64,000 bases of DNA from Haliotis rubra. Its lineage: Eukaryota. A model generated the notes under the pieces. That model was not told the DNA's origin. It did not search any database and was given only the letters and a program-made list of their open reading frames with translations. Each line of letters opens with the position of its first letter. Position 1 is the first letter of the stretch. This document shows positions 13,001 through 25,465 of this stretch, piece after piece. A program made the translations under genes and the position numbers. Where the stretch lies: positions 124,001 through 188,000 of the forward strand of contig NW_025766470.1 in assembly GCF_003918875.1 (NCBI RefSeq), read 5' to 3'.

Positions 13001-13051
13001 TTATATATGTGATCCATTTCATTGTATCTGAGGAATATACTACAAGTTATA

Positions 13052-14204
13052 CAGTTTTCCCAGATATTATTGAGAACATCTTTGCTTCCTAATACAGATA
13101 ATAGAATTTTAAAATAGGTGTTACGTTATGTAGTAAGATACTCAATATGGGAGGCAACTCTTGTAGGCCTAAGAATGAACCTTACTACATCAAGAGTTAG
13201 CTCCCCTAGTGTAGCAGACGGCTTCCTTTGTTGACATGGTAGAATTGACAGCAGAAGAGAAAAGAAAGCTGGTTCTAGATGATTTTGAAAGGGGTGTGAC
13301 TAATGCAAAAGACTTAGCTTGTAGACATCCCATCTTGTGCCCCAGGAGTTGAGCACAAGACAGGGACAGGAGGCCAAGGAAGTTCAGTACTACGGATCGC
13401 CGGCGACTTGGTCAAATTGTGATAGGGGAAAATTGAAATGCGTTGAGGATATCAGAAATGAGATTAAGAAAGGAAGTTCTCAGGTATGTAATGAAACCCT
13501 AAGACGAGAATTACAAAGACTTAACTGGGTGAAAAAGCGCGAAGTTTCCTCACCATTGATGAAAGATGCACAAAAAGAAAGACGTATAAACTGGTGTAGG
13601 GCTCACGAAAATTAAGATTGGGATAATGTTTTCTTTTCTGATGAAAGTCCTGTCTGATTTTGTCCGAACTGTGTGAAAATTTGGACATCTACCAACGCCC
13701 GAAACATAGCCCGAAATTTCACATGTGGGGTGGGATACCATCACGTGGAGTGACGCCGTTGTGTATTGTCATCGGAAATTTGACGAAGGAACGATATGTT
13801 GACATCTTAAATGGTCACCTCCTTCCAACGGCACGAACACTGTATGACGATAACTGGATTTTCCAGCATCATAACAACCCAAAACACACTGCGGGCTACA
13901 CAAAGCAGTGGTTGTCGGACGAAAATGTTCAAGTTTTCGACTGGCCCAACTACAGCCCAGATCTTAACCCTATTGTGAATGTATGGGGACTAATGAAGGA
14001 CAGAATAAACTTTGATCGGTAGTGTACCTAGGGGCATTCAGTCGTGTATTGCAGGGCAAAGAGGTCTGACAAAGTACTGAAAAGACACTTAGATTGTAAG
14101 AGAATCATATCTCAACATATTAATGTAAGTAAAACTTCTATAGTTTTTACACACGTATTAGATATTTGCCGAAACAACTTTCTCAATAATTTCTGGGAAT
14201 ACTA
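13052..14204 (+). mobile_element. Decayed Tc1 element (family shared with the 42731 copy)
   Basis: TIRs cagttttcccagatattattgagaa / ttctcaataatttctgggaatact flanked by TA; FSDES and YSPDLNPIVNVW motifs. Confidence 0.9.
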
Positions 14205-14369
14205 TATAATTACCTTGAACAGAGTGCGAATATTATCGCCGTATTGCTTTAATGATACATATAGATCTTAATTTAATAATTAAAATTGGTTCAAATGTTT
14301 GATATGCCTTCTTCTCTGTATCTGAAGAAATGTTATCAATTCCAATAACCGACGAGCAAAACTCGTAGT

Positions 14370-16494
14370 ACAGATGTTGGGATACGTCTCCACAAGGCCA
14401 GCCAGGCTGCAACTGTGTGTCATCATTCTGGCAGAGAGGCTTTAACTCGTGGTATAGATGTTGTCATCATTTTTAATGGGGAATACAGATGTTGGATACG
14501 TCCCAGCAAGGTACCCCAATGACTAGCCAGTCTGGCAGTGTGGTTGTGAAGTTGGGAATACAGATATTTGGGGCAAGGCAGCCAGGCCTGCAGTCTGTGT
14601 GTCATCATATTGGCAGTGTGGTTGTAATGGGGAATACAGATGTTGGGATACGTCCCAGCAAGGCCAGCCAGTCTGCAACTGTGTGTCATCATATTGGCAG
14701 TGTGGTTGTAATGGGGAATACAGATGTTGGGATACGTCCCAGCAAGGCCAGCCAGTCTGCAACTGTGTGTCATCATATTGGCAGTGTGGTTGTAATGGGG
14801 AATACAGATGTTGGGATACGTCCCAGCAAGGCCAGCCAGTCTGCAACTGTGTGTCATCATATTGGCAGTGTGGTTGTAATGGGGAATACAGATGTTGGGA
14901 TACGTCCCAGCAAGGCCAGCCAGTCTGCAACTGTGTGTCATCATATTGGTGGCAGTGTGGTTGTAATGGGGAATACAGATGTTGGGATACGTCCCAGCAA
15001 GGCCAGCCAGTCTGCAACTGTGTGTCATCATATTGGCAGTGTGGTTGTAATGGGGAATACAGATGTTGGGATACGTCCCAGCAAGGCCAGCCAGTCTGCA
15101 ACTGTGTGTCATCATATTGGCAGTGTGGTTGTAATGGGGAATACAGATGTTGGGATACGTCCCAAGCAAGGCCAGCCAGTCTGCAACTGTGTCATCAACT
15201 GTGTGTCATCATATTGGCAGTGTGGTTGTAATGTGGGAATACAGATGTTGGGATACGTCCCAGCAAGGCCAGCCAGTCTGCAACTGTGTGTCATCATATT
15301 GGCAGTGTGGTTGTAATGGGGAATACAGATGTTGGGATACGTCCCAGCAAGGCCAGCCAGTCTGCAACTGTGTGTCATCATATTGGCAGTGTGGTTGTAA
15401 TGGGGAATACAGATGTTGGGATACGTCCCAGCAAGGCCAGCCAGTCTGCAACTGTGTGTCATCATATTGGCAGTGTGGTTGTAATGGGGAATACAGATGT
15501 TGGGATACGTCCCAGCAAGGCCAGCCAGTCTGCAACTGTGTGTCATCATATTGGCAGTGTGGTTGTAATGGGGAATACAGATGTTGGGATACGTCCCAGC
15601 AAGGCCAGCCAGTCTGCAACTGTGTGTCATCATATTGGCAGTGTGGTTGTAATGGGGAATACAGATGTTGGGATACGTCCCAGCAAGGCCAGCCAGTCTG
15701 CAACTGTGTGTCATCATATTGGCAGTGTGGTTGTAATGGGGAATACAGATGTTGGGATACGTCCAGAGCAAGGCCAGCCAGTCTGCAACTGTGTGTCATC
15801 ATATTGGCAGTGTGGTTGTAATGGGGAATACAGATGTTGGGATACGTCCCAGCAAGGCCAGCCAGTCTGCAACTGTGTGTCATCATATTGGCAGTGTGGT
15901 TGTAATGGGGAATACAGATGTTGGGATACGTCCCAGCAAGGCCAGCCAGTCTGCAACTGTGTGTCATCATATTGGCAGTGTGGTTGTAATGGGGAATACA
16001 GATGTTGGGATACGTCCCAGCAAGGCCAGCCAGTCTGCAACTGTGTGTCATCATATTGGCAGTGTGGTTGTAATGGGGAATACAGATGTTGGGATACGTC
16101 CCAGCAAGGCCAGCCAGTCTGCAACTGTGTGTCATCATATTGGCAGTGTGGTTGTAATGGGGAATACAGATGTTGGGATACGTCCCAGCAAGGCCAGCCA
16201 GTCTGCAACTGTGTGTCATCATATTGGCAGTGTGGTTGTAATGGGGAATACAGATGTTGGGATACGTCCCAGCAAGGCCAGCCAGTCTGCAACTGTGTGT
16301 CATCATATTGGCTTGGACAGATGTGGTTGTAATGCAACTGGGAATACAGATGTAATGGGATACGTCCCAGCAAGGCCAGCCAGTCTGCAACTGTGTGTCA
16401 TCATATTGGCAGTGTGGTTGTAATGGGGAATACAGATGTTGGGATACGTCCCAGCAAGGCCAGCCAGTCTGCAACTGTGTGTCATCATATTTAT
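14370..16494 (-). repeat. 84-bp tandem repeat (~23 near-identical units plus a degenerate left end); putative coding extension of gene A
   Basis: Plus-strand unit gtcatcatattggcagtgtggttgtaatggggaatacagatgttgggatacgtcccagcaaggccagccagtctgcaactgtgt. The minus frame reads TANMMTHSCRLAGLAGTYPNICIPHYNH. Confidence 0.97.
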
Positions 16495-19400
16495 CTGCAA
16501 AACAAAACTAAAGTTTGTAAATAGGAGTGGAACTTATACAATACGACTGAATTATTGTTGAACAAATCATTCAAAAGAGAAGCATCTGATATTTTTAACA
16601 ATTATAATTTACCGTCATCCTCTAGACTCCTCCACAGGGTTTTAGTTCTTGCTTCTGTTCTGATGCCGATTGATTGTATTGAACTGTTTTTAAGGCAAGA
16701 ATTTATGGATGCCAATTTCTTTATTTTGATGTGAACCGATTTTGCAAGTCTTGGGTTCTGAATATGCTGGTCTGGGGTATTACATTTTGCTGACACTCTT
16801 ACCTTACTGTTTTGGCAGACTTTGTTTAATCGCGTCGAGTTTCTGAAACACCAAAACATTTAGTACTTCAAAATGTACACCTAAACCTATAGAAGATGAC
16901 TGGCGGGAAGTATCAGTTTCCAAGTCGTATATTTTCCATAGTGATGGCTGGATACATGCGGACGTCGAACGGCCCTCCCTAATACAATGGGGTGTACCCG
17001 ATCTTGGCTGCTCCGTGTGTTAGTCTGGACTGTGAGTGAGTGAGTGAGTTTAGTTTTACGCCGCACTCAGAAATTGGCGTCTGGACTGTGTCGTTTAGTC
17101 AAAACGTCATCGTTTCCTCTACGGCTAGTGTTTGCCCGAGGCAGGGCGCCCTGCCTTTTTCATTTGATGCCTTCTCTTTATTACAATAATTGATGTTAAC
17201 ACTTGGTGGTTTTTAGTTTCTATTTCATGTTGAAGTTTAGTGAAATAACTGTGCTCTTTGAGTCTTTAAGAATCATATGCATGGATAACTTAACATAATA
17301 CTTGGAAATCTGCTCCTTTTGAAATAATGTCGCCCAGCCCTTTTTCTATCCTGGGGGTGACACTAACGGCAGTCGATTTTGTATATTCTATGCTATTTTA
17401 TTTGTTATAAATGTATGCATGAAACATCTCTTCACTATGAGGTGGTGTAGTCGAAAATGATATTTTATCTGTCCGAGTGTAAACAATGATGTTTCCTTGT
17501 CCTTATCCAAACTGTGTTGTTTGATCTGCACTGGTGCAAACCATGATGTTACATGTGCGCCAGTCCAAGACATGATGTTTCATAAGTAATGTCACATCAG
17601 AGTTTGTCAAACGTATTGAGTTTAATCTGCTCTTCTTGACACCATGCTTTTGTGAGTGTTGGTATAAACTGTGCTATTATTCCGTGTTAACGGATTTGCT
17701 GTTTCTGAGAAATACGTACTCCTGTCTACACTACGTATAGAGTACGTGAATCATCTTTCAATGTTTCAGATTTACTCACGATTGTCATCCAGGCGACAAA
17801 CTCACTGCGGGTGATTTCACCATTTCCTGAAGAAAATGCAGAATATAGCACTTGATGTTGTAATATAAGAGTAATATTTTCAGCATTTAATTACCATGGG
17901 AATGGCATTGCCAGTGGTTGATAGCATGAGCAAACATATAAGCTTCGTAACAGCCTGGTAATGAAATAATTAATTCGACACACAGGGGACCGCACCAGTC
18001 AGTAGGGACAGTGAGTGAGTGAGTGAGTGAGTATGATTTTTCGCCGCTTTTAGCAATATTCCAGCAATATCACGGCGGGGAACACCAGATATGGGCCAGT
18101 AGGGACAGAGTGGCTGTCGAGTGAGTGAGTCAGTGGGTGAGTGAGTTTACTTTTACGCCGCACTCAACAATATTCCAGCTATATGGCTGCGGTCTGTAAA
18201 TAATCGAGTCTGGAGCAGACAATCCAGTGATCAACAGCATGAACATCGATCTACGCAATTGGAATACAGTGACATGTGTCAACCAAGTCAGCGAGCCTGA
18301 CCACCCGATCCCGTTAGTCGCATGGGTTGCTGAAGATCAATTCTAACCCGGATCTTCACGGGCTGTGGCTGTCGAAGTCACAACAATATGATGACTACGC
18401 TCGTAGATAATGGAGTAAGTTCATGTCCTTTTGTCTTGTCACTCCATTGCATTAAAACATGCTTTAGGATTAAGTAAATATGTTCCGTGTATCAGCGTAC
18501 TGTTTGATTTAAATAGTGAGGATGTTCCCAGTGCATCAAAGACGCAGCACCCAGCGTTTGCATCCAGGACGGTTGAAGTCTTGAATGTCTGAGATAGAAT
18601 TGGTCTAAAGCAACCCATTGTTTGTGTTGAAGGCGACTAACGGGACTGGGTGGTAAAGTTCACTGACAATATGTCAATCACACGATGTCGTCACACAGCT
18701 GTAAGATTGCCGCGTGCGGCGTTAAACAAAGCGCTAAGCACCAAGTAAGTGAGTGAGTTTAGCTTTACGCCGCTTTTAGCAATATTCCAGCAATATCACG
18801 GCGGGGGACACCAGAAATGGGCTTCACACATTGTACCAATGTGGGGAATCGAACCCGGGTCTTCGGCGTGACGAGCCAACGCTTTACCCACTAGGCTACC
18901 CAACCGCCCGCTAAGCACGAAGGCAGGTCACACAATGTCTGTAAAAAGGAGGGCATCATACCGTTTGTATCGAAGAGATTGTAAACACTGTTCATGTTTG
19001 CAAGCCACAGGACATTCTCATTGAGAGTATCAAACTCCTGGAATAGACCGACAGTCTCGGGGCAGATCTCGGGGGTGTGGTGACACACTCCAAAGTAGAA
19101 CTCCTTCTCGGTCAGACGGTCGTCATCTGGAATGATATTCATAATGACATTTCCACTGGAACGACATATCTGTAACGACAGACACTGTAACGATTATGCA
19201 ACCTGTAACGACATACATACTGTAACGATACATCAAACTATATAGGGAGAGAGAATGAGAGAGACAAGGATAAGGAAGAGAGAGATAGACAAAAAGAAAA
19301 AGAGAGATATAGACAGAGAAAGCGAGAGATTGTAGAGTGTAGTTATGGAGGTCGGTGAAGAGAATGTGTCAGATAGATGGGAAACTGGTATAGAGAGGGG

Positions 19401-22087
19401 TCAAACTACAGAGGAGTCGGTTACTAGAGGGTTCCGTATTTCAAACCGGTTGATGGAAAAAGTGTGCTTGATTTCTAATCGATGGATGCCTATAGATACG
19501 TCAGTTAACAGGGAGGTCAATATAAAGGTGAGGTGAGGTGAAATTGGGTTTAACGTCGTGCTTGAGAATATTTCGCTCATATGACGACGTGCATGAGCGT
19601 GTATGTGTATGTGCGGCTGCTTGTACTAGCCCAGACTTAAGCTGGTTTTATAGTGCTAGCCCACTGAGATACCATACCGCAGTGAAGCATGAATACCCCA
19701 CTCAGACACATTATACTGACTCCGAGCCGACCAGTCCTTGTTGTACCCATTAATGCCGAACGCCAGACAGGGACCAACAAGTACCATATTTTAACGTCTT
19801 TTGGTATGACGCGGTCGGGGGTCGAACCCGCGACCTTCCGCTCTCCGGGCGGACGCTCTAATATAAAAAGAGTGACGGAATACAAAGAGGAAACTGCACA
19901 CAGAGGGTATCAGATTACAGGGAGGCCGGTACAGAGAGAAGGGCGGATATTACAACGGGGAAGACTTAAACAGTGTGCTGAATTCCATGGAGTCCAGTAT
20001 AAAGAGAATGACGGATTGCAGGGAGAAAAGTTTACAGAGAGTGGAGGATTACAGGAAGGCCGGTACAGACAGGAGGGTGGATATTACAACGTGGAAGGCG
20101 TAAAAAGAGCGCTAGATTCCAAGGAGTCCAATATAAAGAGAATGATGAATTACAAGGAGGAAAGTTTACAGAGGGTATTGGATTACAGGGAGGTCGGTAC
20201 AGAGAGAAGGGCGGATATTACAACGGGGGAAGGCGTAAAAAGAGTGTCAGATTCCAAGGAGTCTAGTATAAAGAGAATGACTGATTGGAGGAGGTAACGT
20301 TTACAGAGAATGTTGGATTACAGAGAGGAAAGTGTAGAAAGAAATAATCTACAATGTTACCATTAGCGTCATACTGATGGAAGGCCCCGAGCAGTTCTTG
20401 GCTGGAGACATCCCCGCTCCTGTCAGTGTCTAGAAGCTTGAACAGGTGCTCGGCTACAGCCTGGGTGGTTTTGTGATGATCATGTTGACTGAAACAAGCA
20501 TCGTCCTCCTCATCAACAATATCACAACATTGGGATGATTTGACGTCCACGATGGCGTCCCGAATCAGGGGCCCGTTCCTCAAAGGGGCCCGTTCCTCAA
20601 AGCGATCGTAGCGCTACGACAGTCGTAAGTCTATGTTAAAGTATGGGAGTTACGACAGTCGTATCGCTACGATCGCTTTGAGGAACGGGGCCCAGATTTC
20701 ACTTCAGTTACCATTAATTAATAACATCCAGTCTTCACTTCAGTCGACGTTTAAAGGGGCCATTTCTGACACCGTTTTAAAAACATACCGCGGAGAGAAA
20801 TAATATTTTAAAAATCAATGTTGCCATCTCTATCCTGCCTATATATACATTAGTGAGTGAGTATTGTTTTAAGCTGCTTTTCGGAATATTACAAGGCGGA
20901 GGAAACAAGGAACCAACCAACCACAGGGCAAACCCAGCGCCACTGATCTGGACATGTTTAGTCAGGGTTGAAATGTGTCACTTTCGATGCATCATATTTT
21001 TTAGCATTAATGTCACAACCATCAAAGAAAATACCTTATTTAGAAACATGCCAAAAAAAAAGAATTATCACACTAGATAGCAAGTACAATTTCAGCGGAA
21101 AATACAACAAAATCTATATTTGCAGTTTCTAACAAAGCACTAGTAATATTAACTTGTCTCTTGACAGTATGCGATCGACAGTTTGCCCCGTTTCAAAGGA
21201 AAGGTTAAAAAAATGGGGATTTGAAAAAAATCTATATGAAATGACTCGAAATTGCAGCTGACATTCATTAGTCAGCACGAAAATCCAATGTCTACGGTGA
21301 ATTTGGAAGAGAATCATTGTAGTGTAAGATGTATAATTTATCATATCTTGGCATAACATTGCAACCCAAAAGGAAATCCCCAAATAAACAAACAGTATCA
21401 TGTATCACTCTTAATGGATCCCATATTGCTGGTAAACTCCGTGGATTTGTTTTGTAGGAAAGAAATCCGACCGATTATCGACTTAATTATGTTTATATGT
21501 TCCATGCAAAGGATGCCTCCATGGTAGAAGTAATAAATGAATAAATCAAATAAATACTACAAGGAATCTGTTTTACCTAATTCTCAGTTTAACTATTTAC
21601 CCTATTGAGAGATGACAGAAGTTATAGGCTGCAATAAGCAGTGACTAACCAAAGTATTTGTATTGGAACATGTTTGGGAAATTCTAAAGTTTATAAATAT
21701 TCCGTATCAAATGCCAAAATAATAAGGCTTCTCGCTAATAATGAACAAATATTAAAATTCACGATCGCGCCTGGAGACACCCGTGTTCTGATATGTGAAG
21801 GTGGTATTAAGTATTCGATGCCCGTAAATTTCAATTCAAACCGGTGATTTGTCCCGTTCATGTTTTACCATATGGTGACATCTTAGATATAGAAAAACAA
21901 GGCTCTATCACCAAGTTCACTAGGTTAAACTAAAAATTTCTACTAGGAAGCATTCAACACTAACACGACAAAACAATATGCTTTTTGCTCATTAAAAATA
22001 TTGTTTGAGTTTTAAGCTTAGTATTAAATGTACTACCAACCTCAAAGCCAAGGATACAAGACAGGAAAAAACGACTAGGAATTTCAT
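16303..22087 (-). CDS. Gene A: secreted EF-hand Ca-binding protein. Coding exons 22087-22041, 20488-20361, 19126-18962, 17826-17780 and a putative terminal exon from 16494 into the 84-bp repeat (stop at 16303 as assembled)
   Basis: GT-AG junctions with consistent phases 2/1/1/0. Translation: MKFLVVFSCLVSLALS (signal peptide) QHDHHKTTQAVAEHLFKLLDTDRSGDVSSQELLGAFHQYDANDDDRLTEKEFYFGVCHHTPEICPETVGLFQEFDTLNENVLWLANMNSVYNLFDTNGNGEITRSEFVAWMTI, then INMMTHSCRLAGLAGTYPNIC... Exons 1-4 are well supported; exon 5 is inferred. Confidence 0.82.
19527..19860 (-). mobile_element. 5'-truncated copy of the same SINE
   Basis: Near-identical to 10670-11000; TSD aatataaa. Confidence 0.85.
19860..20330. repeat. 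Degenerate purine-rich tandem repeat in gene A intron 2
   Basis: Recurrent ggagtccaatataaagagaatga / gattacagggaggccggtacaga blocks with a period of about 130-145 bp. Confidence 0.7.
20568..20695. mobile_element. Small palindromic MITE (copies also near 56325 and 57333)
   Basis: ggggcccgttcctcaaagcgatcgtagc ... gctacgatcgctttgaggaacggggccc. Confidence 0.75.
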
Positions 22088-22142
22088 CGTTCACTGTGGA
22101 GAGATTCGAAAAGAATGAAGAATGACCCGAATGTGTCGTTAC

Positions 22143-22152
22143 ATATATATAG
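22143..22152 (-). promoter_or_regulatory. TATA-like box of gene A
   Basis: TATATATA about 60 bp upstream of the gene A ATG. No acceptor is evident between it and the ATG. Confidence 0.45.
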
Positions 22153-24103
22153 GTAATATCTGTGGTATTTTATCAGGATTATGGATTTCCTGAACTAAAT
22201 CCGCACCAATCCGGAAGCTATTGAAGTCACGAGAAAGTAAAATATATAGATTTCTTCCGATGAGAATACCTTTAAAACCATGTTATTTTTAAATATTGGT
22301 ACTTTTTTTTATTAGAGACATATGGTTACAAACCTTCTAGAAGGCTTTATCGTAAGACGAGTTATCTGTCACGCGATCTTACAACTGACTTTTCACAGCT
22401 GATTATAGCTGGTCAGGTGAACCAGGCATTACCTAACCGCACTCTGTGAACTATTTCCACGTTGACGTGCATCGCTTTCAGCATTCTTTCAAATGGCGGT
22501 GGGGCAGACTAATGGTTAAAGCGTCCCCTCGTCACACTGAAGACCTGGGTTCGATTCCCCACATGGGTACAATATGTGAAGCCTATTTCTGGTGTCCCCC
22601 GCCGTGATATTGCTAAAAGCGACATAAAACTACTCATTCACTCACTCACCCATTCCTTCAATGGATTAAACGTTCTTAACTACAAGGATCCGATAATCCT
22701 TGGTACGAATCCCAAATGACCCCTGTCCAATCAACTATTCTTTAAAGTGGTAAAAGGCTTTGGTGGGCGTCAGCTTGAGCATTTATTATCAGGTCCCTGG
22801 TTAAGCGAACCACAGTTCGAAGCACGGAGTTACCTTCCTTTACCGTGTCAGGATCCGCTTGTCGTGGACTAAAACCCTCAGTGATGAAAGCCCTAATTAT
22901 TAATCACTTGAGTGAAATCCACGAGCGAAATAAAGATGTCGCGACGTGAAATTACCGAAATAACCTGACCAGCAAAAGAATGTATTTTTGTTGTTTATAT
23001 AGATTTTCAGCCCAGTAGATACTATTTTTAAGTTTTCAATTATTTGGTCAAACTAAGTTTATACTTTCTTTTGCACGGTATTTTACGTTAATCGCCGTTA
23101 ACCCATTTACGTCATGACGTATGAAGGTCATGTAGCCAAGTTGGTAGAGAGTCCATATCACCTCCATGCCGGTCGTGGTTCGATTCCAATCAAGGAAACT
23201 TTCGAGTTTCATCATAGTAAAAACTCATGAAATAGAGAACCGGGTGGTTACAATGTGCGAACTCGCATATAGAAAGACTGCTCATTTGTTTCTCTGTTGC
23301 GCACCCCGATTTGCGCTACAGTTTGCCTGTGGTCCAACGTCTCGGATCTTCGTTCATGATGTCGCTCAGTAGTTTCTCTGGCCAAGACTCGATAATTTAC
23401 ATGCTGCCGTGATACAGTTGGAATGTTACTTATGTATTCTATAGAGGATATTATATGAGTGCCCATGTTATACTATGTTTACGACACGAGCGCCTAAACG
23501 AGAGCGAGAGATATAGCGATATTTAGGCACGAGTGTCGTAAACATAGTATGATATTGGCACGAATATAATATTCTGTTTATTACCGAAGTCGTCAAACTG
23601 AGGAAAATAAACCCAAATCTACTTTCAAACATAGGCTGGCTACCCGCCGTCGCCTTATGTAGAACGCAACGTCACAGAAGAAACGTGACGTCATAGCATT
23701 GTTCATGACGTCACCTCACCATGACAAAGTGATATTTTGCACTAGGGCATCGTATGAAAAATATGAACCCCGATATTTTCGCCCTCGTAGGTAATAAATA
23801 GCGAAATGAACAAGAAACGCGGTATGAATGTAACCGTTTGCAGCAATATGTTAAATGCTTTTTCTAGCGGTGCTACCTACAAACCTTGTAGTCGGTCTAA
23901 AATGTCCCCGTTTTGCTGGAATATTGCTAAAAGCGACGTACTAAATGTCACTCACTCACTAAAATGTCCACTGGTCAGTTTGTGTCAAGCCCTAGCGGCC
24001 AGTACAGCAAACGCCATTAGTTTAAATATCCACAGGTAAATTTCTCAGAAGCCGACCAACAGATTAGTACCAAAAGCGTCTGGTCAGTCGACAGTCGATT
24101 TAA

Positions 24104-25465
24104 AGGTCACATGCAAGGCAAAACACAACTTTGCAGATTCTGATACCCTTCGGTATGGACTTACAGTAACAAATTATCAAAACTGCAAATTCAACTTAAT
24201 ATAAAGTTGAAAAATAACGCGATGAAAAAAACCCCGCGAAATCGTAGTTCAAACGATTCACTAATTTCACCCCAGCGCTTGGGTGAAAAGTGGTTTCAAC
24301 AGCTGTGCTGCGCTGCGCCCATAGCGCATGCGCAGTGATTAGGTTCGCGCGGTATGAACCGGGAAGGCGACTCGTAAAAACACAGCAAGTGATGCGTGCA
24401 AAGATTATCATTGTGGTCGAAGTTGGAGAACAAAAGATGTTTCTTGTGCTTACAAGCATCTTTGGTCTGCAGTAATAAAAATACACTGGTCCCATACTTG
24501 GTTGCAGATTTGCAAGCCAGGCTTTCAAGAAAGTGTAGCATTAGAAATACTAGTTTCATTGTTAAAAATTGCTCAGCTTGAAAACCGGAATGCTATACAT
24601 GTCTGTGGAAACATAGAAAAATATGTTGATTTTGATAAGCAGTCTCTGTCACAGACAAAACTCAATGTCTGTTTTATTGACACCATGTGTCTGTCTGCCT
24701 GCCTATCTGCGAATGACAATATGCAATACACAACTTCAATCATTGACCACATGCAATTTGACCTTAACAAAACCTATCAGGCCATACATCATAAACAAAA
24801 TACATTGATTTATGGCTCGTGCACCTGAGTTCTGTCTCTGTCACATTATGTAATTACACTTTGCACAGACAGGCAGGTGTGATCACCATCTCAGTATGTG
24901 TTGATCGGATCGAACGCAAATGCAGAGAGCATGTATTTACAAAACCCAACATCTCTACACACATTCTTTATGGATAACAACTTTTATTGTATATGATGTG
25001 ACGTTTCGGTATGGATTCTTATACCGTTGTCAAGCAAGAGTGACAACGGTATAAGAATCCAAACCGAAACGTCGCATCATATACAATAAAAGAAGTTGTT
25101 ATCCGTAAAGAATCTTACTTTCTTATTAATCACAATACTTCTAGAATGCCAATCAAACATAGTATCTCTATATACACACACACAATGAGCTCTCAGGGTT
25201 TCGGCAAATGAACCAGCCAATGAGAGACTTCGTTACACTTGAGTGCACGCCCACCCGCTCTGACTGGGTTCGGTCTCCAGGGTGCTTCGTTTCGAGGGAA
25301 GTAAACGCAAGTACAAAATATTGCACTTTTGATTCGCCATTGTACGCTTATAATTTTGTTTATTTGTTTTTTCACAATCAGCCATGTATATTATTTGTCA
25401 TGAATAGGTGAAAATTGTGTTTTAATTATGTTTGTTGTTGGTTTTTTTTTTGTTGCATGTGACCT
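24104..25465. mobile_element. Non-autonomous TTAA-targeting DNA transposon (Kolobok-like)
   Basis: TIR aggtcacatgcaa / ttgcatgtgacct with TTAA on both sides. Confidence 0.85.
24964..25113. mobile_element. Long palindrome resembling an inverted Penelope-like pseudo-LTR remnant
   Basis: Arms of about 65 bp around aagcaagag; motif tgacaac...ccgaaacgtcgc...aataaaagaagttg. Related single arms lie at about 50850-50915 and 60930-61000. Confidence 0.6.

Noticed and set aside
14489-16423. Plus-strand repeat ORFs (SSYWQCGCNGEYRCWDT..., GSVVVMGNTDVG...) as genes
   Set aside because: No start or splice context supports them. They are by-products of a triplet-length unit. Only the minus NMMTHSC frame is tied to a splice acceptor and the upstream exon phase.
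14370-16494. CRISPR-like array
   Set aside because: The units are identical head-to-tail with no unique spacers, the context is eukaryotic, and no cas genes are present.
19689-20297. 202-aa plus-strand ORF
   Set aside because: It is a chimera of an antisense SINE and a purine-rich tandem repeat inside gene A intron 2.
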